Below are positions 26,261-40,213 of a stretch of 64,000 nt of DNA, piece by piece (position 1 is the first letter of the stretch; the number at the start of each line of letters is the position of its first letter). The stretch comes from Eledone cirrhosa (lineage: Eukaryota). The notes under the pieces are model-generated. The model had not been told where the DNA came from, ran no database searches, and was given only the letters and a program-made list of their open reading frames with translations. Both the position numbers and the translations under genes were made by a program. Location of the stretch: positions 93,186,001 to 93,250,000 of the forward strand of contig OZ024743.1 in NCBI GenBank assembly GCA_964016885.1, given 5' to 3'.

Positions 26261-27022
26261 TTAATTTTTTTCTTTTTTTTTTTTTTTTTTTCATTAATAT
26301 CTTTACAGAGCTATTTATTTTTTTTAGTTCGGTGACCGCTTAGGAAACCGAGCTGCTCTATACATTTCCATTTTTCTTTCTTTTAGTTTCTTTCTTTTGC
26401 AAGCTTCTCTCGCCAATGTATGTTAGTTTCAAAATAATTAGGCACGCAAACTTTTTCCTTTCTTTCAACCCTACCCTTCGCATACACACCACTGCAAACG
26501 TCTTAAAAGCTACCGACTGCAAAATCAGAGTTTCTTGATAATTTCAGATATTTCAAACTTTTATTCCGTTCGCCTTCCGAAGTAGTGAGCCTGCTATATA
26601 CTCTAGAAAATATTTATTGAACAGAGATTTGGCTGCTTTTTCTAGCAGGTAAAATTAGCACATTTCTTTAGAGCCGTTCGAATCGAACATTATCCACATC
26701 TGTAATTATTAATTCGGAATGGGCATCGTAGCTAGTTATTTGGCCAAGTTATATAAACAAAAAGACAACATAAGTTTTAAAGACAGCGATATCGACAGCT
26801 ATGCGACACTCTCGTAGTTAATAACGTGTGTTAATTTAAAAGTTAGATGAGATTTATGTAAAATTTTATTAAGCAACCTAAATTGCTTGAAAATACTGTG
26901 TTATACGGTTGAAAGTAAGAAAAATGTTTAATAGAAAATTAAAATATAAAAATTATCGTAAAAGAAAGGTGTTTAGTGAGTTGTTTTATACAATAAAACT
27001 ATTAAATTCAGCATAAGCTTTC

Positions 27023-27142
27023 GTTTACGGCCATATCACGCTGACAACACCGGTTCTCGTCCGATCACCGAAGTTAAGCAACGTCGAGCCTAGTTAGTAC
27101 TTGGATGGGTGACCGCCTGGGAACCCTAGGTGCCGTAAGCGT
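27023..27142 (+). rRNA. 5S rRNA: 5S rRNA gene (copy 31)
   Basis: Same sequence as copy 1. Confidence 0.98.
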
Positions 27143-27890
27143 TTAATTTTTTTCTTTTTTTTTTTTTTTTTTTCATTAATATCTTTACAGAGCTATTTAT
27201 TTTTTTTAGTTCGGTGACCGCTTAGGAAACCGAGCTGCTCTATACATTTCCATTTTTCTTTCTTTTGCAAGCTTCTCTCGCCAATGTCTGTTAGTTTCAA
27301 AATAATTAGGCACGCAAACTTTTTCCTTTCTTTCAACCCTACCCTTCGCATACACACCACTGCAAACGTCTTAAAAGCTACCGACTGCAAAAACAGAGTT
27401 TCTTGATAATTTCAGATATTTCAAACTTTAATTCCGTTCGCCTTCCGAAGTAGTGAGCCTGCTATATACTCTAGAAAATATTTATTGAACAGAGATTTGG
27501 CTGCTTTTTCTAGCAGGTAAAATTAGCACATTTCTTTAGAGCCGTTCGAATCGAACATTATCCACATCTGTAATTATTAATTCGGAATGGGCATCGTAGC
27601 TAGTTATTTGGCCAAGTTATATAAACAAAAAGACAACATAAGTTTTAAAGACAGCGATATCGACAGCTATGCGACACTCTCGTAGTTAATAACGTGTGTT
27701 AATTTAAAAGTTAGATGAGATTTATGTAAAATTTTATTAAGCAACCTAAATTGCTTGAAAATACTGTGTTATACGGTTGAAAGTAAGAAAAATGTTTAAT
27801 AGAAAATTAAAATATAAAAATTATCGTAAAAGAAAGGTGTTTAGTGAGTTGTTTTATACAATAAAACTATTAAATTCAGCATAAGCTTTC

Positions 27891-28010
27891 GTTTACGGCC
27901 ATATCACGCTGACAACACCGGTTCTCGTCCGATCACCGAAGTTAAGCAACGTCGAGCCTAGTTAGTACTTGGATGGGTGACCGCCTGGGAACCCTAGGTG
28001 CCGTAAGCGT
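27891..28010 (+). rRNA. 5S rRNA: 5S rRNA gene (copy 32)
   Basis: Same sequence as copy 1. Confidence 0.98.
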
Positions 28011-28772
28011 TTAATTTTTTTTTTTTTTTTTTTTTTTTTTTCATTAATATCTTTACAGAGCTATTTATTTTTTTTAGTTCGGTGACCGCTTAGGAAACCG
28101 AGCTGCTCTATACATTTCCATTTTTCTTTCTTTTAGTTTCTTTCTTTTGCAAGCTTCTCTCGCCAATGTATGTTAGTTTCAAAATAATTAGGCACGCAAA
28201 CTTTTTCCTTTCTTTCAACCCTACCCTTCGCATACACACCACTGCAAACGTCTTAAAAGCTACCGACTGCAAAATCAGAGTTTCTTGATAATTTCAGATA
28301 TTTCAAACTTTTATTCCGTTCGCCTTCCGAAGTAGTGAGCCTGCTATATACTCTAGAAAATATTTATTGAACAGAGATTTGGCTGCTTTTTCTAGCAGGT
28401 AAAATTAGCACATTTCTTTAGAGCCGTTCGAATCGAACATTATCCACATCTGTAATTATTAATTCGGAATGGGCATCGTAGCTAGTTATTTGGCCAAGTG
28501 ATATAAACAAAAAAACAACATAAGTTTTAAAGACAGCGATATCGACAGCTATGCGACACTCTCGTAGTTAATAACGTGTGTTAATTTAAAAGTTAGATGA
28601 GATTTATGTAAAATTTTATTAAGCAACCTAAATTGCTTGAAAATACTGTGTTATACGGTTGAAAGTAAGAAAAATGTTTAATAGAAAATTAAAATATAAA
28701 AATTATCGTAAAAGAAAGGTGTTTAGTGAGTTGTTTTATACAATAAAACTATTAAATTCAGCATAAGCTTTC

Positions 28773-28892
28773 GTTTACGGCCATATCACGCTGACAACAC
28801 CGGTTCTCGTCCGATCACCGAAGTTAAGCAACGTCGAGCCTAGTTAGTACTTGGATGGGTGACCGCCTGGGAACCCTAGGTGCCGTAAGCGT
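28773..28892 (+). rRNA. 5S rRNA: 5S rRNA gene (copy 33)
   Basis: Same sequence as copy 1. Confidence 0.98.
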
Positions 28893-29654
28893 TTAATTTT
28901 TTTCTTTTTTTTTTTTTTTTTTTCATTAATATCTTTACAGAGCTATTTATTTTTTTTAGTTCGGTGACCGCTTAGGAAACCGAGCTGCTCTATACATTTC
29001 CATTTTTCTTTCTTTTAGTTTCTTTCTTTTGCAAGCTTCTCTCGCCAATGTATGTTAGTTTCAAAATAATTAGGCACGCAAACTTTTTCCTTTCTTTCAA
29101 CCCTACCCTTCGCATACACACCACTGCAAACGTCTTAAAAGCTACCGACTGCAAAATCAGAGTTTCTTGATAATTTCAGATATTTCAAACTTTTATTCCG
29201 TTCGCCTTCCGAAGTAGTGAGCCTGCTATATACTCTAGAAAATATTTATTGAACAGAGATTTGGCTGCTTTTTCTAGCAGGTAAAATTAGCACATTTCTT
29301 TAGAGCCGTTCGAATCGAACATTATCCACATCTGTAATTATTAATTCGGAATGGGCATCGTAGCTAGTTATTTGGCCAAGTGATATAAACAAAAAAACAA
29401 CATAAGTTTTAAAGACAGCGATATCGACAGCTATGCGACACTCTCGTAGTTAATAACGTGTGTTAATTTAAAAGTTAGATGAGATTTATGTAAAATTTTA
29501 TTAAGCAACCTAAATTGCTTGAAAATACTGTGTTATACGGTTGAAAGTAAGAAAAATGTTTAATAGAAAATTAAAATATAAAAATTATCGTAAAAGAAAG
29601 GTGTTTAGTGAGTTGTTTTATACAATAAAACTATTAAATTCAGCATAAGCTTTC

Positions 29655-29774
29655 GTTTACGGCCATATCACGCTGACAACACCGGTTCTCGTCCGATCAC
29701 CGAAGTTAAGCAACGTCGAGCCTAGTTAGTACTTGGATGGGTGACCGCCTGGGAACCCTAGGTGCCGTAAGCGT
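29655..29774 (+). rRNA. 5S rRNA: 5S rRNA gene (copy 34)
   Basis: Same sequence as copy 1. Confidence 0.98.
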
Positions 29775-30522
29775 TTAATTTTTTTCTTTTTTTTTTTTTT
29801 TTTTTCATTAATATCTTTACAGAGCTATTTATTTTTTTTAGTTCGGTGACCGCTTAGGAAACCGAGCTGCTCTATACATTTCCATTTTTCTTTCTTTTGC
29901 AAGCTTCTCTCGCCAATGTCTGTTAGTTTCAAAATAATTAGGCACGCAAACTTTTTCCTTTCTTTCAACCCTACCCTTCGCATACACACCACTGCAAACG
30001 TCTTAAAAGCTACCGACTGCAAAAACAGAGTTTCTTGATAATTTCAGATATTTCAAACTTTAATTCCGTTCGCCTTCCGAAGTAGTGAGCCTGCTATATA
30101 CTCTAGAAAATATTTATTGAACAGAGATTTGGCTGCTTTTTCTAGCAGGTAAAATTAGCATATTTCTTTAGAGCCGTTCGAATCGAACATTATCCACATC
30201 TGTAATTATTAATTCGGAATGGGTATCGTAGCTAGTTATTTGGCCAAGTTATATAAACAAAAAGACAACATAAGTTTTAAAGACAGCGATATCGACAGCT
30301 ATGCGACACTCTCGTAGTTAATAACGTGTGTTAATTTAAAAGTTAGATGAGATTTATGTAAAATTTTATTAAGCAACCTAAATTGCTTGAAAATACTGTG
30401 TTATACGGTTGAAAGTAAGAAAAATGTTTAATAGAAAATTAAAATATAAAAATTATCGTAAAAGAAAGGTGTTTAGTGAGTTGTTTTATACAATAAAACT
30501 ATTAAATTCAGCATAAGCTTTC

Positions 30523-30642
30523 GTTTACGGCCATATCACGCTGACAACACCGGTTCTCGTCCGATCACCGAAGTTAAGCAACGTCGAGCCTAGTTAGTAC
30601 TTGGATGGGTGACCGCCTGGGAACCCTAGGTGCCGTAAGCGT
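30523..30642 (+). rRNA. 5S rRNA: 5S rRNA gene (copy 35)
   Basis: Same sequence as copy 1. Confidence 0.98.
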
Positions 30643-31390
30643 TTAATTTTTTTCTTTTTTTTTTTTTTTTTTTCATTAATATCTTTACAGAGCTATTTAT
30701 TTTTTTTAGTTCGGTGACCGCTTAGGAAACCGAGCTGCTCTATACATTTCCATTTTTCTTTCTTTTGCAAGCTTCTCTCGCCAATGTCTGTTAGTTTCAA
30801 AATAATTAGGCACGCAAACTTTTTCCTTTCTTTCAACCCTACCCTTCGCATACACACCACTGCAAACGTCTTAAAAGCTACCGACTGCAAAAACAGAGTT
30901 TCTTGATAATTTCAGATATTTCAAACTTTAATTCCGTTCGCCTTCCGAAGTAGTGAGCCTGCTATATACTCTAGAAAATATTTATTGAACAGAGATTTGG
31001 CTGCTTTTTCTAGCAGGTAAAATTAGCACATTTCTTTAGAGCCGTTCGAATCGAACATTATCCACATCTGTAATTATTAATTCGGAATGGGCATCGTAGC
31101 TAGTTATTTGGCCAAGTTATATAAACAAAAAGACAACATAAGTTTTAAAGACAGCGATATCGACAGCTATGCGACACTCTCGTAGTTAATAACGTGTGTT
31201 AATTTAAAAGTTAGATGAGATTTATGTAAAATTTTATTAAGCAACCTAAATTGCTTGAAAATACTGTGTTATACGGTTGAAAGTAAGAAAAATGTTTAAT
31301 AGAAAATTAAAATATAAAAATTATCGTAAAAGAAAGGTGTTTAGTGAGTTGTTTTATACAATAAAACTATTAAATTCAGCATAAGCTTTC

Positions 31391-31510
31391 GTTTACGGCC
31401 ATATCACGCTGACAACACCGGTTCTCGTCCGATCACCGAAGTTAAGCAACGTCGAGCCTAGTTAGTACTTGGATGGGTGACCGCCTGGGAACCCTAGGTG
31501 CCGTAAGCGT
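31391..31510 (+). rRNA. 5S rRNA: 5S rRNA gene (copy 36)
   Basis: Same sequence as copy 1. Confidence 0.98.
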
Positions 31511-32258
31511 TTAATTTTTTTCTTTTTTTTTTTTTTTTTTTCATTAATATCTTTACAGAGCTATTTATTTTTTTTAGTTCGGTGACCGCTTAGGAAACCG
31601 AGCTGCTCTATACATTTCCATTTTTCTTTCTTTTGCAAGCTTCTCTCGCCAATGTCTGTTAGTTTCAAAATAATTAGGCACGCAAACTTTTTCCTTTCTT
31701 TCAACCCTACCCTTCGCATACACACCACTGCAAACGTCTTAAAAGCTACCGACTGCAAAAACAGAGTTTCTTGATAATTTCAGATATTTCAAACTTTAAT
31801 TCCGTTCGCCTTCCGAAGTAGTGAGCCTGCTATATACTCTAGAAAATATTTATTGAACAGAGATTTGGCTGCTTTTTCTAGCAGGTAAAATTAGCACATT
31901 TCTTTAGAGCCGTTCGAATCGAACATTATCCACATCTGTAATTATTAATTCGGAATGGGTATCGTAGCTAGTTATTTGGCCAAGTTATATAAACAAAAAG
32001 ACAACATAAGTTTTAAAGACAGCGATATCGACAGCTATGCGACACTCTCGTAGTTAATAACGTGTGTTAATTTAAAAGTTAGATGAGATTTATGTAAAAT
32101 TTTATTAAGCAACCTAAATTGCTTGAAAATACTGTGTTATACGGTTGAAAGTAAGAAAAATGTTTAATAGAAAATTAAAATATAAAAATTATCGTAAAAG
32201 AAAGGTGTTTAGTGAGTTGTTTTATACAATAAAACTATTAAATTCAGCATAAGCTTTC

Positions 32259-32378
32259 GTTTACGGCCATATCACGCTGACAACACCGGTTCTCGTCCGA
32301 TCACCGAAGTTAAGCAACGTCGAGCCTAGTTAGTACTTGGATGGGTGACCGCCTGGGAACCCTAGGTGCCGTAAGCGT
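32259..32378 (+). rRNA. 5S rRNA: 5S rRNA gene (copy 37)
   Basis: Same sequence as copy 1. Confidence 0.98.
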
Positions 32379-33126
32379 TTAATTTTTTTCTTTTTTTTTT
32401 TTTTTTTTTCATTAATATCTTTACAGAGCTATTTATTTTTTTTAGTTCGGTGACCGCTTAGGAAACCGAGCTGCTCTATACATTTCCATTTTTCTTTCTT
32501 TTGCAAGCTTCTCTCGCCAATGTCTGTTAGTTTCAAAATAATTAGGCACGCAAACTTTTTCCTTTCTTTCAACCCTACCCTTCGCATACACACCACTGCA
32601 AACGTCTTAAAAGCTACCGACTGCAAAAACAGAGTTTCTTGATAATTTCAGATATTTCAAACTTTAATTCCGTTCGCCTTCCGAAGTAGTGAGCCTGCTA
32701 TATACTCTAGAAAATATTTATTGAACAGAGATTTGGCTGCTTTTTCTAGCAGGTAAAATTAGCATATTTCTTTAGAGCCGTTCGAATCGAACATTATCCA
32801 CATCTGTAATTATTAATTCGGAATGGGTATCGTAGCTAGTTATTTGGCCAAGTTATATAAACAAAAAGACAACATAAGTTTTAAAGACAGCGATATCGAC
32901 AGCTATGCGACACTCTCGTAGTTAATAACGTGTGTTAATTTAAAAGTTAGATGAGATTTATGTAAAATTTTATTAAGCAACCTAAATTGCTTGAAAATAC
33001 TGTGTTATACGGTTGAAAGTAAGAAAAATGTTTAATAGAAAATTAAAATATAAAAATTATCGTAAAAGAAAGGTGTTTAGTGAGTTGTTTTATACAATAA
33101 AACTATTAAATTCAGCATAAGCTTTC

Positions 33127-33246
33127 GTTTACGGCCATATCACGCTGACAACACCGGTTCTCGTCCGATCACCGAAGTTAAGCAACGTCGAGCCTAGTTA
33201 GTACTTGGATGGGTGACCGCCTGGGAACCCTAGGTGCCGTAAGCGT
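33127..33246 (+). rRNA. 5S rRNA: 5S rRNA gene (copy 38)
   Basis: Same sequence as copy 1. Confidence 0.98.
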
Positions 33247-33997
33247 TTAATTTTTTTTTTTTTTTTCATTAATATCTTTACAGAGCTATTTATTTTTTTT
33301 AGTTCGGTGACCGCTTAGGAAACCGAGCTGCTCTATACATTTCCATTTTTCTTTCTTTTAGTTTCTTTCTTTTGCAAGCTTCTCTCGCCAATGTATGTTA
33401 GTTTCAAAATAATTAGGCACGCAAACTTTTTCCTTTCTTTCAACCCTACCCTTCGCATACACACCACTGCAAACGTCTTAAAAGCTACCGACTGCAAAAT
33501 CAGAGTTTCTTGATAATTTCAGATATTTCAAACTTTTATTCCGTTCGCCTTCCGAAGTAGTGAGCCTGCTATATACTCTAGAAAATATTTATTGAACAGA
33601 GATTTGGCTGCTTTTTCTAGCAGGTAAAATTAGCACATTTCTTTAGAGCCGTTCGAATCGAACATTATCCACATCTGTAATTATTAATTCGGAATGGGCA
33701 TCGTAGCTAGTTATTTGGCCAAGTTATATAAACAAAAAGACAACATAAGTTTTAAAGACAGCGATATCGACAGCTATGCGACACTCTCGTAGTTAATAAC
33801 GTGTGTTAATTTAAAAGTTAGATGAGATTTATGTAAAATTTTATTAAGCAACCTAAATTGCTTGAAAATACTGTGTTATACGGTTGAAAGTAAGAAAAAT
33901 GTTTAATAGAAAATTAAAATATAAAAATTATCGTAAAAGAAAGGTGTTTAGTGAGTTGTTTTATACAATAAAACTATTAAATTCAGCATAAGCTTTC

Positions 33998-34117
33998 GTT
34001 TACGGCCATATCACGCTGACAACACCGGTTCTCGTCCGATCACCGAAGTTAAGCAACGTCGAGCCTAGTTAGTACTTGGATGGGTGACCGCCTGGGAACC
34101 CTAGGTGCCGTAAGCGT
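33998..34117 (+). rRNA. 5S rRNA: 5S rRNA gene (copy 39)
   Basis: Same sequence as copy 1. Confidence 0.98.
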
Positions 34118-34865
34118 TTAATTTTTTTCTTTTTTTTTTTTTTTTTTTCATTAATATCTTTACAGAGCTATTTATTTTTTTTAGTTCGGTGACCGCTTAG
34201 GAAACCGAGCTGCTCTATACATTTCCATTTTTCTTTCTTTTGCAAGCTTCTCTCGCCAATGTCTGTTAGTTTCAAAATAATTAGGCACGCAAACTTTTTC
34301 CTTTCTTTCAACCCTACCCTTCGCATACACACCACTGCAAACGTCTTAAAAGCTACCGACTGCAAAAACAGAGTTTCTTGATAATTTCAGATATTTCAAA
34401 CTTTAATTCCGTTCGCCTTCCGAAGTAGTGAGCCTGCTATATACTCTAGAAAATATTTATTGAACAGAGATTTGGCTGCTTTTTCTAGCAGGTAAAATTA
34501 GCACATTTCTTTAGAGCCGTTCGAATCGAACATTATCCACATCTGTAATTATTAATTCGGAATGGGCATCGTAGCTAGTTATTTGGCCAAGTTATATAAA
34601 CAAAAAGACAACATAAGTTTTAAAGACAGCGATATCGACAGCTATGCGACACTCTCGTAGTTAATAACGTGTGTTAATTTAAAAGTTAGATGAGATTTAT
34701 GTAAAATTTTATTAAGCAACCTAAATTGCTTGAAAATACTGTGTTATACGGTTGAAAGTAAGAAAAATGTTTAATAGAAAATTAAAATATAAAAATTATC
34801 GTAAAAGAAAGGTGTTTAGTGAGTTGTTTTATACAATAAAACTATTAAATTCAGCATAAGCTTTC

Positions 34866-34985
34866 GTTTACGGCCATATCACGCTGACAACACCGGTTCT
34901 CGTCCGATCACCGAAGTTAAGCAACGTCGAGCCTAGTTAGTACTTGGATGGGTGACCGCCTGGGAACCCTAGGTGCCGTAAGCGT
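34866..34985 (+). rRNA. 5S rRNA: 5S rRNA gene (copy 40; followed by recombinant spacer)
   Basis: Same sequence as copy 1. Confidence 0.98.
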
Positions 34986-35736
34986 TTAATTTTTTTTTTT
35001 TTTTTCATTAATATCTTTACAGAGCTATTTATTTTTTTTAGTTCGGTGACCGCTTAGGAAACCGAGCTGCTCTATACATTTCCATTTTTCTTTCTTTTAG
35101 TTTCTTTCTTTTGCAAGCTTCTCTCGCCAATGTATGTTAGTTTCAAAATAATTAGGCACGCAAACTTTTTCCTTTCTTTCAACCCTACCCTTCGCATACA
35201 CACCACTGCAAACGTCTTAAAAGCTACCGACTGCAAAAACAGAGTTTCTTGATAATTTCAGATATTTCAAACTTTAATTCCGTTCGCCTTCCGAAGTAGT
35301 GAGCCTGCTATATACTCTAGAAAATATTTATTGAACAGAGATTTGGCTGCTTTTTCTAGCAGGTGAAATTAGCACATTTCTTTAGAGCCGTTCGAATCGA
35401 ACATTATCCACATCTGTAATTATTAATTCGGAATGGGTATCGTAGCTAGTTATTTGGCCAAGTTATATAAACAAAAAGACAACATAAGTTTTAAAGACAG
35501 CGATATCGACAGCTATGCGACACTCTCGTAGTTAATAACGTGTGTTAATTTAAAAGTTAGATGAGATTTATGTAAAATTTTATTAAGCAACCTAAATTGC
35601 TTGAAAATACTGTGTTATACGGTTGAAAGTAAGAAAAATGTTTAATAGAAAATTAAAATATAAAAATTATCGTAAAAGAAAGGTGTTTAGTGAGTTGTTT
35701 TATACAATAAAACTATTAAATTCAGCATAAGCTTTC

Positions 35737-35856
35737 GTTTACGGCCATATCACGCTGACAACACCGGTTCTCGTCCGATCACCGAAGTTAAGCAACGTCG
35801 AGCCTAGTTAGTACTTGGATGGGTGACCGCCTGGGAACCCTAGGTGCCGTAAGCGT
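35737..35856 (+). rRNA. 5S rRNA: 5S rRNA gene (copy 41)
   Basis: Same sequence as copy 1. Confidence 0.98.
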
Positions 35857-36604
35857 TTAATTTTTTTCTTTTTTTTTTTTTTTTTTTCATTAATATCTTT
35901 ACAGAGCTATTTATTTTTTTTAGTTCGGTGACCGCTTAGGAAACCGAGCTGCTCTATACATTTCCATTTTTCTTTCTTTTGCAAGCTTCTCTCGCCAATG
36001 TCTGTTAGTTTCAGAATAATTAGGCACGCAAACTTTTTCCTTTCTTTCAACCCTACCCTTCGCATACACACCACTGCAAACGTCTTAAAAGCTACCGACT
36101 GCAAAAACAGAGTTTCTTGATAATTTCAGATATTTCAAACTTTAATTCCGTTCGCCTTCCGAAGTAGTGAGCCTGCTATATACTCTAGAAAATATTTATT
36201 GAACAGAGATTTGGCTGCTTTTTCTAGCAGGTAAAATTAGCATATTTCTTTAGAGCCGTTCGAATCGAACATTATCCACATCTGTAATTATTAATTCGGA
36301 ATGGGTATCGTAGCTAGTTATTTGGCCAAGTTATATAAACAAAAAGACAACATAAGTTTTAAAGACAGCGATATCGACAGCTATGCGACACTCTCGTAGT
36401 TAATAACGTGTGTTAATTTAAAAGTTAGATGAGATTTATGTAAAATTTTATTAAGCAACCTAAATTGCTTGAAAATACTGTGTTATACGGTTGAAAGTAA
36501 GAAAAATGTTTAATAGAAAATTAAAATATAAAAATTATCGTAAAAGAAAGGTGTTTAGTGAGTTGTTTTATACAATAAAACTATTAAATTCAGCATAAGC
36601 TTTC

Positions 36605-36724
36605 GTTTACGGCCATATCACGCTGACAACACCGGTTCTCGTCCGATCACCGAAGTTAAGCAACGTCGAGCCTAGTTAGTACTTGGATGGGTGACCGCCT
36701 GGGAACCCTAGGTGCCGTAAGCGT
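36605..36724 (+). rRNA. 5S rRNA: 5S rRNA gene (copy 42)
   Basis: Same sequence as copy 1. Confidence 0.98.
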
Positions 36725-37475
36725 TTAATTTTTTTTTTTTTTTTCATTAATATCTTTACAGAGCTATTTATTTTTTTTAGTTCGGTGACCGCTTAGGAAA
36801 CCGAGCTGCTCTATACATTTCCATTTTTCTTTCTTTTAGTTTCTTTCTTTTGCAAGCTTCTCTCGCCAATGTATGTTAGTTTCAAAATAATTAGGCACGC
36901 AAACTTTTTCCTTTCTTTCAACCCTACCCTTCGCATACACACCACTGCAAACGTCTTAAAAGCTACCGACTGCAAAATCAGAGTTTCTTGATAATTTCAG
37001 ATATTTCAAACTTTTATTCCGTTCGCCTTCCGAAGTAGTGAGCCTGCTATATACTCTAGAAAATATTTATTGAACAGAGATTTGGCTGCTTTTTCTAGCA
37101 GGTAAAATTAGCACATTTCTTTAGAGCCGTTCGAATCGAACATTATCCACATCTGTAATTATTAATTCGGAATGGGCATCGTAGCTAGTTATTTGGCCAA
37201 GTTATATAAACAAAAAGACAACATAAGTTTTAAAGACAGCGATATCGACAGCTATGCGACACTCTCGTAGTTAATAACGTGTGTTAATTTAAAAGTTAGA
37301 TGAGATTTATGTAAAATTTTATTAAGCAACCTAAATTGCTTGAAAATACTGTGTTATACGGTTGAAAGTAAGAAAAATGTTTAATAGAAAATTAAAATAT
37401 AAAAATTATCGTAAAAGAAAGGTGTTTAGTGAGTTGTTTTATACAATAAAACTATTAAATTCAGCATAAGCTTTC

Positions 37476-37595
37476 GTTTACGGCCATATCACGCTGACAA
37501 CACCGGTTCTCGTCCGATCACCGAAGTTAAGCAACGTCGAGCCTAGTTAGTACTTGGATGGGTGACCGCCTGGGAACCCTAGGTGCCGTAAGCGT
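37476..37595 (+). rRNA. 5S rRNA: 5S rRNA gene (copy 43)
   Basis: Same sequence as copy 1. Confidence 0.98.
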
Positions 37596-38343
37596 TTAAT
37601 TTTTTTCTTTTTTTTTTTTTTTTTTTCATTAATATCTTTACAGAGCTATTTATTTTTTTTAGTTCGGTGACCGCTTAGGAAACCGAGCTGCTCTATACAT
37701 TTCCATTTTTCTTTCTTTTGCAAGCTTCTCTCGCCAATGTCTGTTAGTTTCAAAATAATTAGGCACGCAAACTTTTTCCTTTCTTTCAACCCTACCCTTC
37801 GCATACACACCACTGCAAACGTCTTAAAAGCTACCGACTGCAAAAACAGAGTTTCTTGATAATTTCAGATATTTCAAACTTTAATTCCGTTCGCCTTCCG
37901 AAGTAGTGAGCCTGCTATATACTCTAGAAAATATTTATTGAACAGAGATTTGGCTGCTTTTTCTAGCAGGTAAAATTAGCACATTTCTTTAGAGCCGTTC
38001 GAATCGAACATTATCCACATCTGTAATTATTAATTCGGAATGGGCATCGTAGCTAGTTATTTGGCCAAGTTATATAAACAAAAAGACAACATAAGTTTTA
38101 AAGACAGCGATATCGACAGCTATGCGACACTCTCGTAGTTAATAACGTGTGTTAATTTAAAAGTTAGATGAGATTTATGTAAAATTTTATTAAGCAACCT
38201 AAATTGCTTGAAAATACTGTGTTATACGGTTGAAAGTAAGAAAAATGTTTAATAGAAAATTAAAATATAAAAATTATCGTAAAAGAAAGGTGTTTAGTGA
38301 GTTGTTTTATACAATAAAACTATTAAATTCAGCATAAGCTTTC

Positions 38344-38463
38344 GTTTACGGCCATATCACGCTGACAACACCGGTTCTCGTCCGATCACCGAAGTTAAGC
38401 AACGTCGAGCCTAGTTAGTACTTGGATGGGTGACCGCCTGGGAACCCTAGGTGCCGTAAGCGT
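38344..38463 (+). rRNA. 5S rRNA: 5S rRNA gene (copy 44)
   Basis: Same sequence as copy 1. Confidence 0.98.
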
Positions 38464-39225
38464 TTAATTTTTTTTTTTTTTTTTTTTTTTTTTTCATTAA
38501 TATCTTTACAGAGCTATTTATTTTTTTTAGTTCGGTGACCGCTTAGGAAACCGAGCTGCTCTATACATTTCCATTTTTCTTTCTTTTAGTTTCTTTCTTT
38601 TGCAAGCTTCTCTCGCCAATGTATGTTAGTTTCAAAATAATTAGGCACGCAAACTTTTTCCTTTCTTTCAACCCTACCCTTCGCATACACACCACTGCAA
38701 ACGTCTTAAAAGCTACCGACTGCAAAATCAGAGTTTCTTGATAATTTCAGATATTTCAAACTTTTATTCCGTTCGCCTTCCGAAGTAGTGAGCCTGCTAT
38801 ATACTCTAGAAAATATTTATTGAACAGAGATTTGGCTGCTTTTTCTAGCAGGTAAAATTAGCACATTTCTTTAGAGCCGTTCGAATCGAACATTATCCAC
38901 ATCTGTAATTATTAATTCGGAATGGGCATCGTAGCTAGTTATTTGGCCAAGTTATATAAACAAAAAGACAACATAAGTTTTAAAGACAGCGATATCGACA
39001 GCTATGCGACACTCTCGTAGTTAATAACGTGTGTTAATTTAAAAGTTAGATGAGATTTATGTAAAATTTTATTAAGCAACCTAAATTGCTTGAAAATACT
39101 GTGTTATACGGTTGAAAGTAAGAAAAATGTTTAATAGAAAATTAAAATATAAAAATTATCGTAAAAGAAAGGTGTTTAGTGAGTTGTTTTATACAATAAA
39201 ACTATTAAATTCAGCATAAGCTTTC

Positions 39226-39345
39226 GTTTACGGCCATATCACGCTGACAACACCGGTTCTCGTCCGATCACCGAAGTTAAGCAACGTCGAGCCTAGTTAG
39301 TACTTGGATGGGTGACCGCCTGGGAACCCTAGGTGCCGTAAGCGT
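39226..39345 (+). rRNA. 5S rRNA: 5S rRNA gene (copy 45)
   Basis: Same sequence as copy 1. Confidence 0.98.
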
Positions 39346-40093
39346 TTAATTTTTTTCTTTTTTTTTTTTTTTTTTTCATTAATATCTTTACAGAGCTATT
39401 TATTTTTTTTAGTTCGGTGACCGCTTAGGAAACCGAGCTGCTCTATACATTTCCATTTTTCTTTCTTTTGCAAGCTTCTCTCGCCAATGTCTGTTAGTTT
39501 CAAAATAATTAGGCACGCAAACTTTTTCCTTTCTTTCAACCCTACCCTTCGCATACACACCACTGCAAACGTCTTAAAAGCTACCGACTGCAAAAACAGA
39601 GTTTCTTGATAATTTCAGATATTTCAAACTTTAATTCCGTTCGCCTTCCGAAGTAGTGAGCCTGCTATATACTCTAGAAAATATTTATTGAACAGAGATT
39701 TGGCTGCTTTTTCTAGCAGGTAAAATTAGCACATTTCTTTAGAGCCGTTCGAATCGAACATTATCCACATCTGTAATTATTAATTCGGAATGGGCATCGT
39801 AGCTAGTTATTTGGCCAAGTTATATAAACAAAAAGACAACATAAGTTTTAAAGACAGCGATATCGACAGCTATGCGACACTCTCGTAGTTAATAACGTGT
39901 GTTAATTTAAAAGTTAGATGAGATTTATGTAAAATTTTATTAAGCAACCTAAATTGCTTGAAAATACTGTGTTATACGGTTGAAAGTAAGAAAAATGTTT
40001 AATAGAAAATTAAAATATAAAAATTATCGTAAAAGAAAGGTGTTTAGTGAGTTGTTTTATACAATAAAACTATTAAATTCAGCATAAGCTTTC

Positions 40094-40213
40094 GTTTACG
40101 GCCATATCACGCTGACAACACCGGTTCTCGTCCGATCACCGAAGTTAAGCAACGTCGAGCCTAGTTAGTACTTGGATGGGTGACCGCCTGGGAACCCTAG
40201 GTGCCGTAAGCGT
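40094..40213 (+). rRNA. 5S rRNA: 5S rRNA gene (copy 46)
   Basis: Same sequence as copy 1. Confidence 0.98.
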
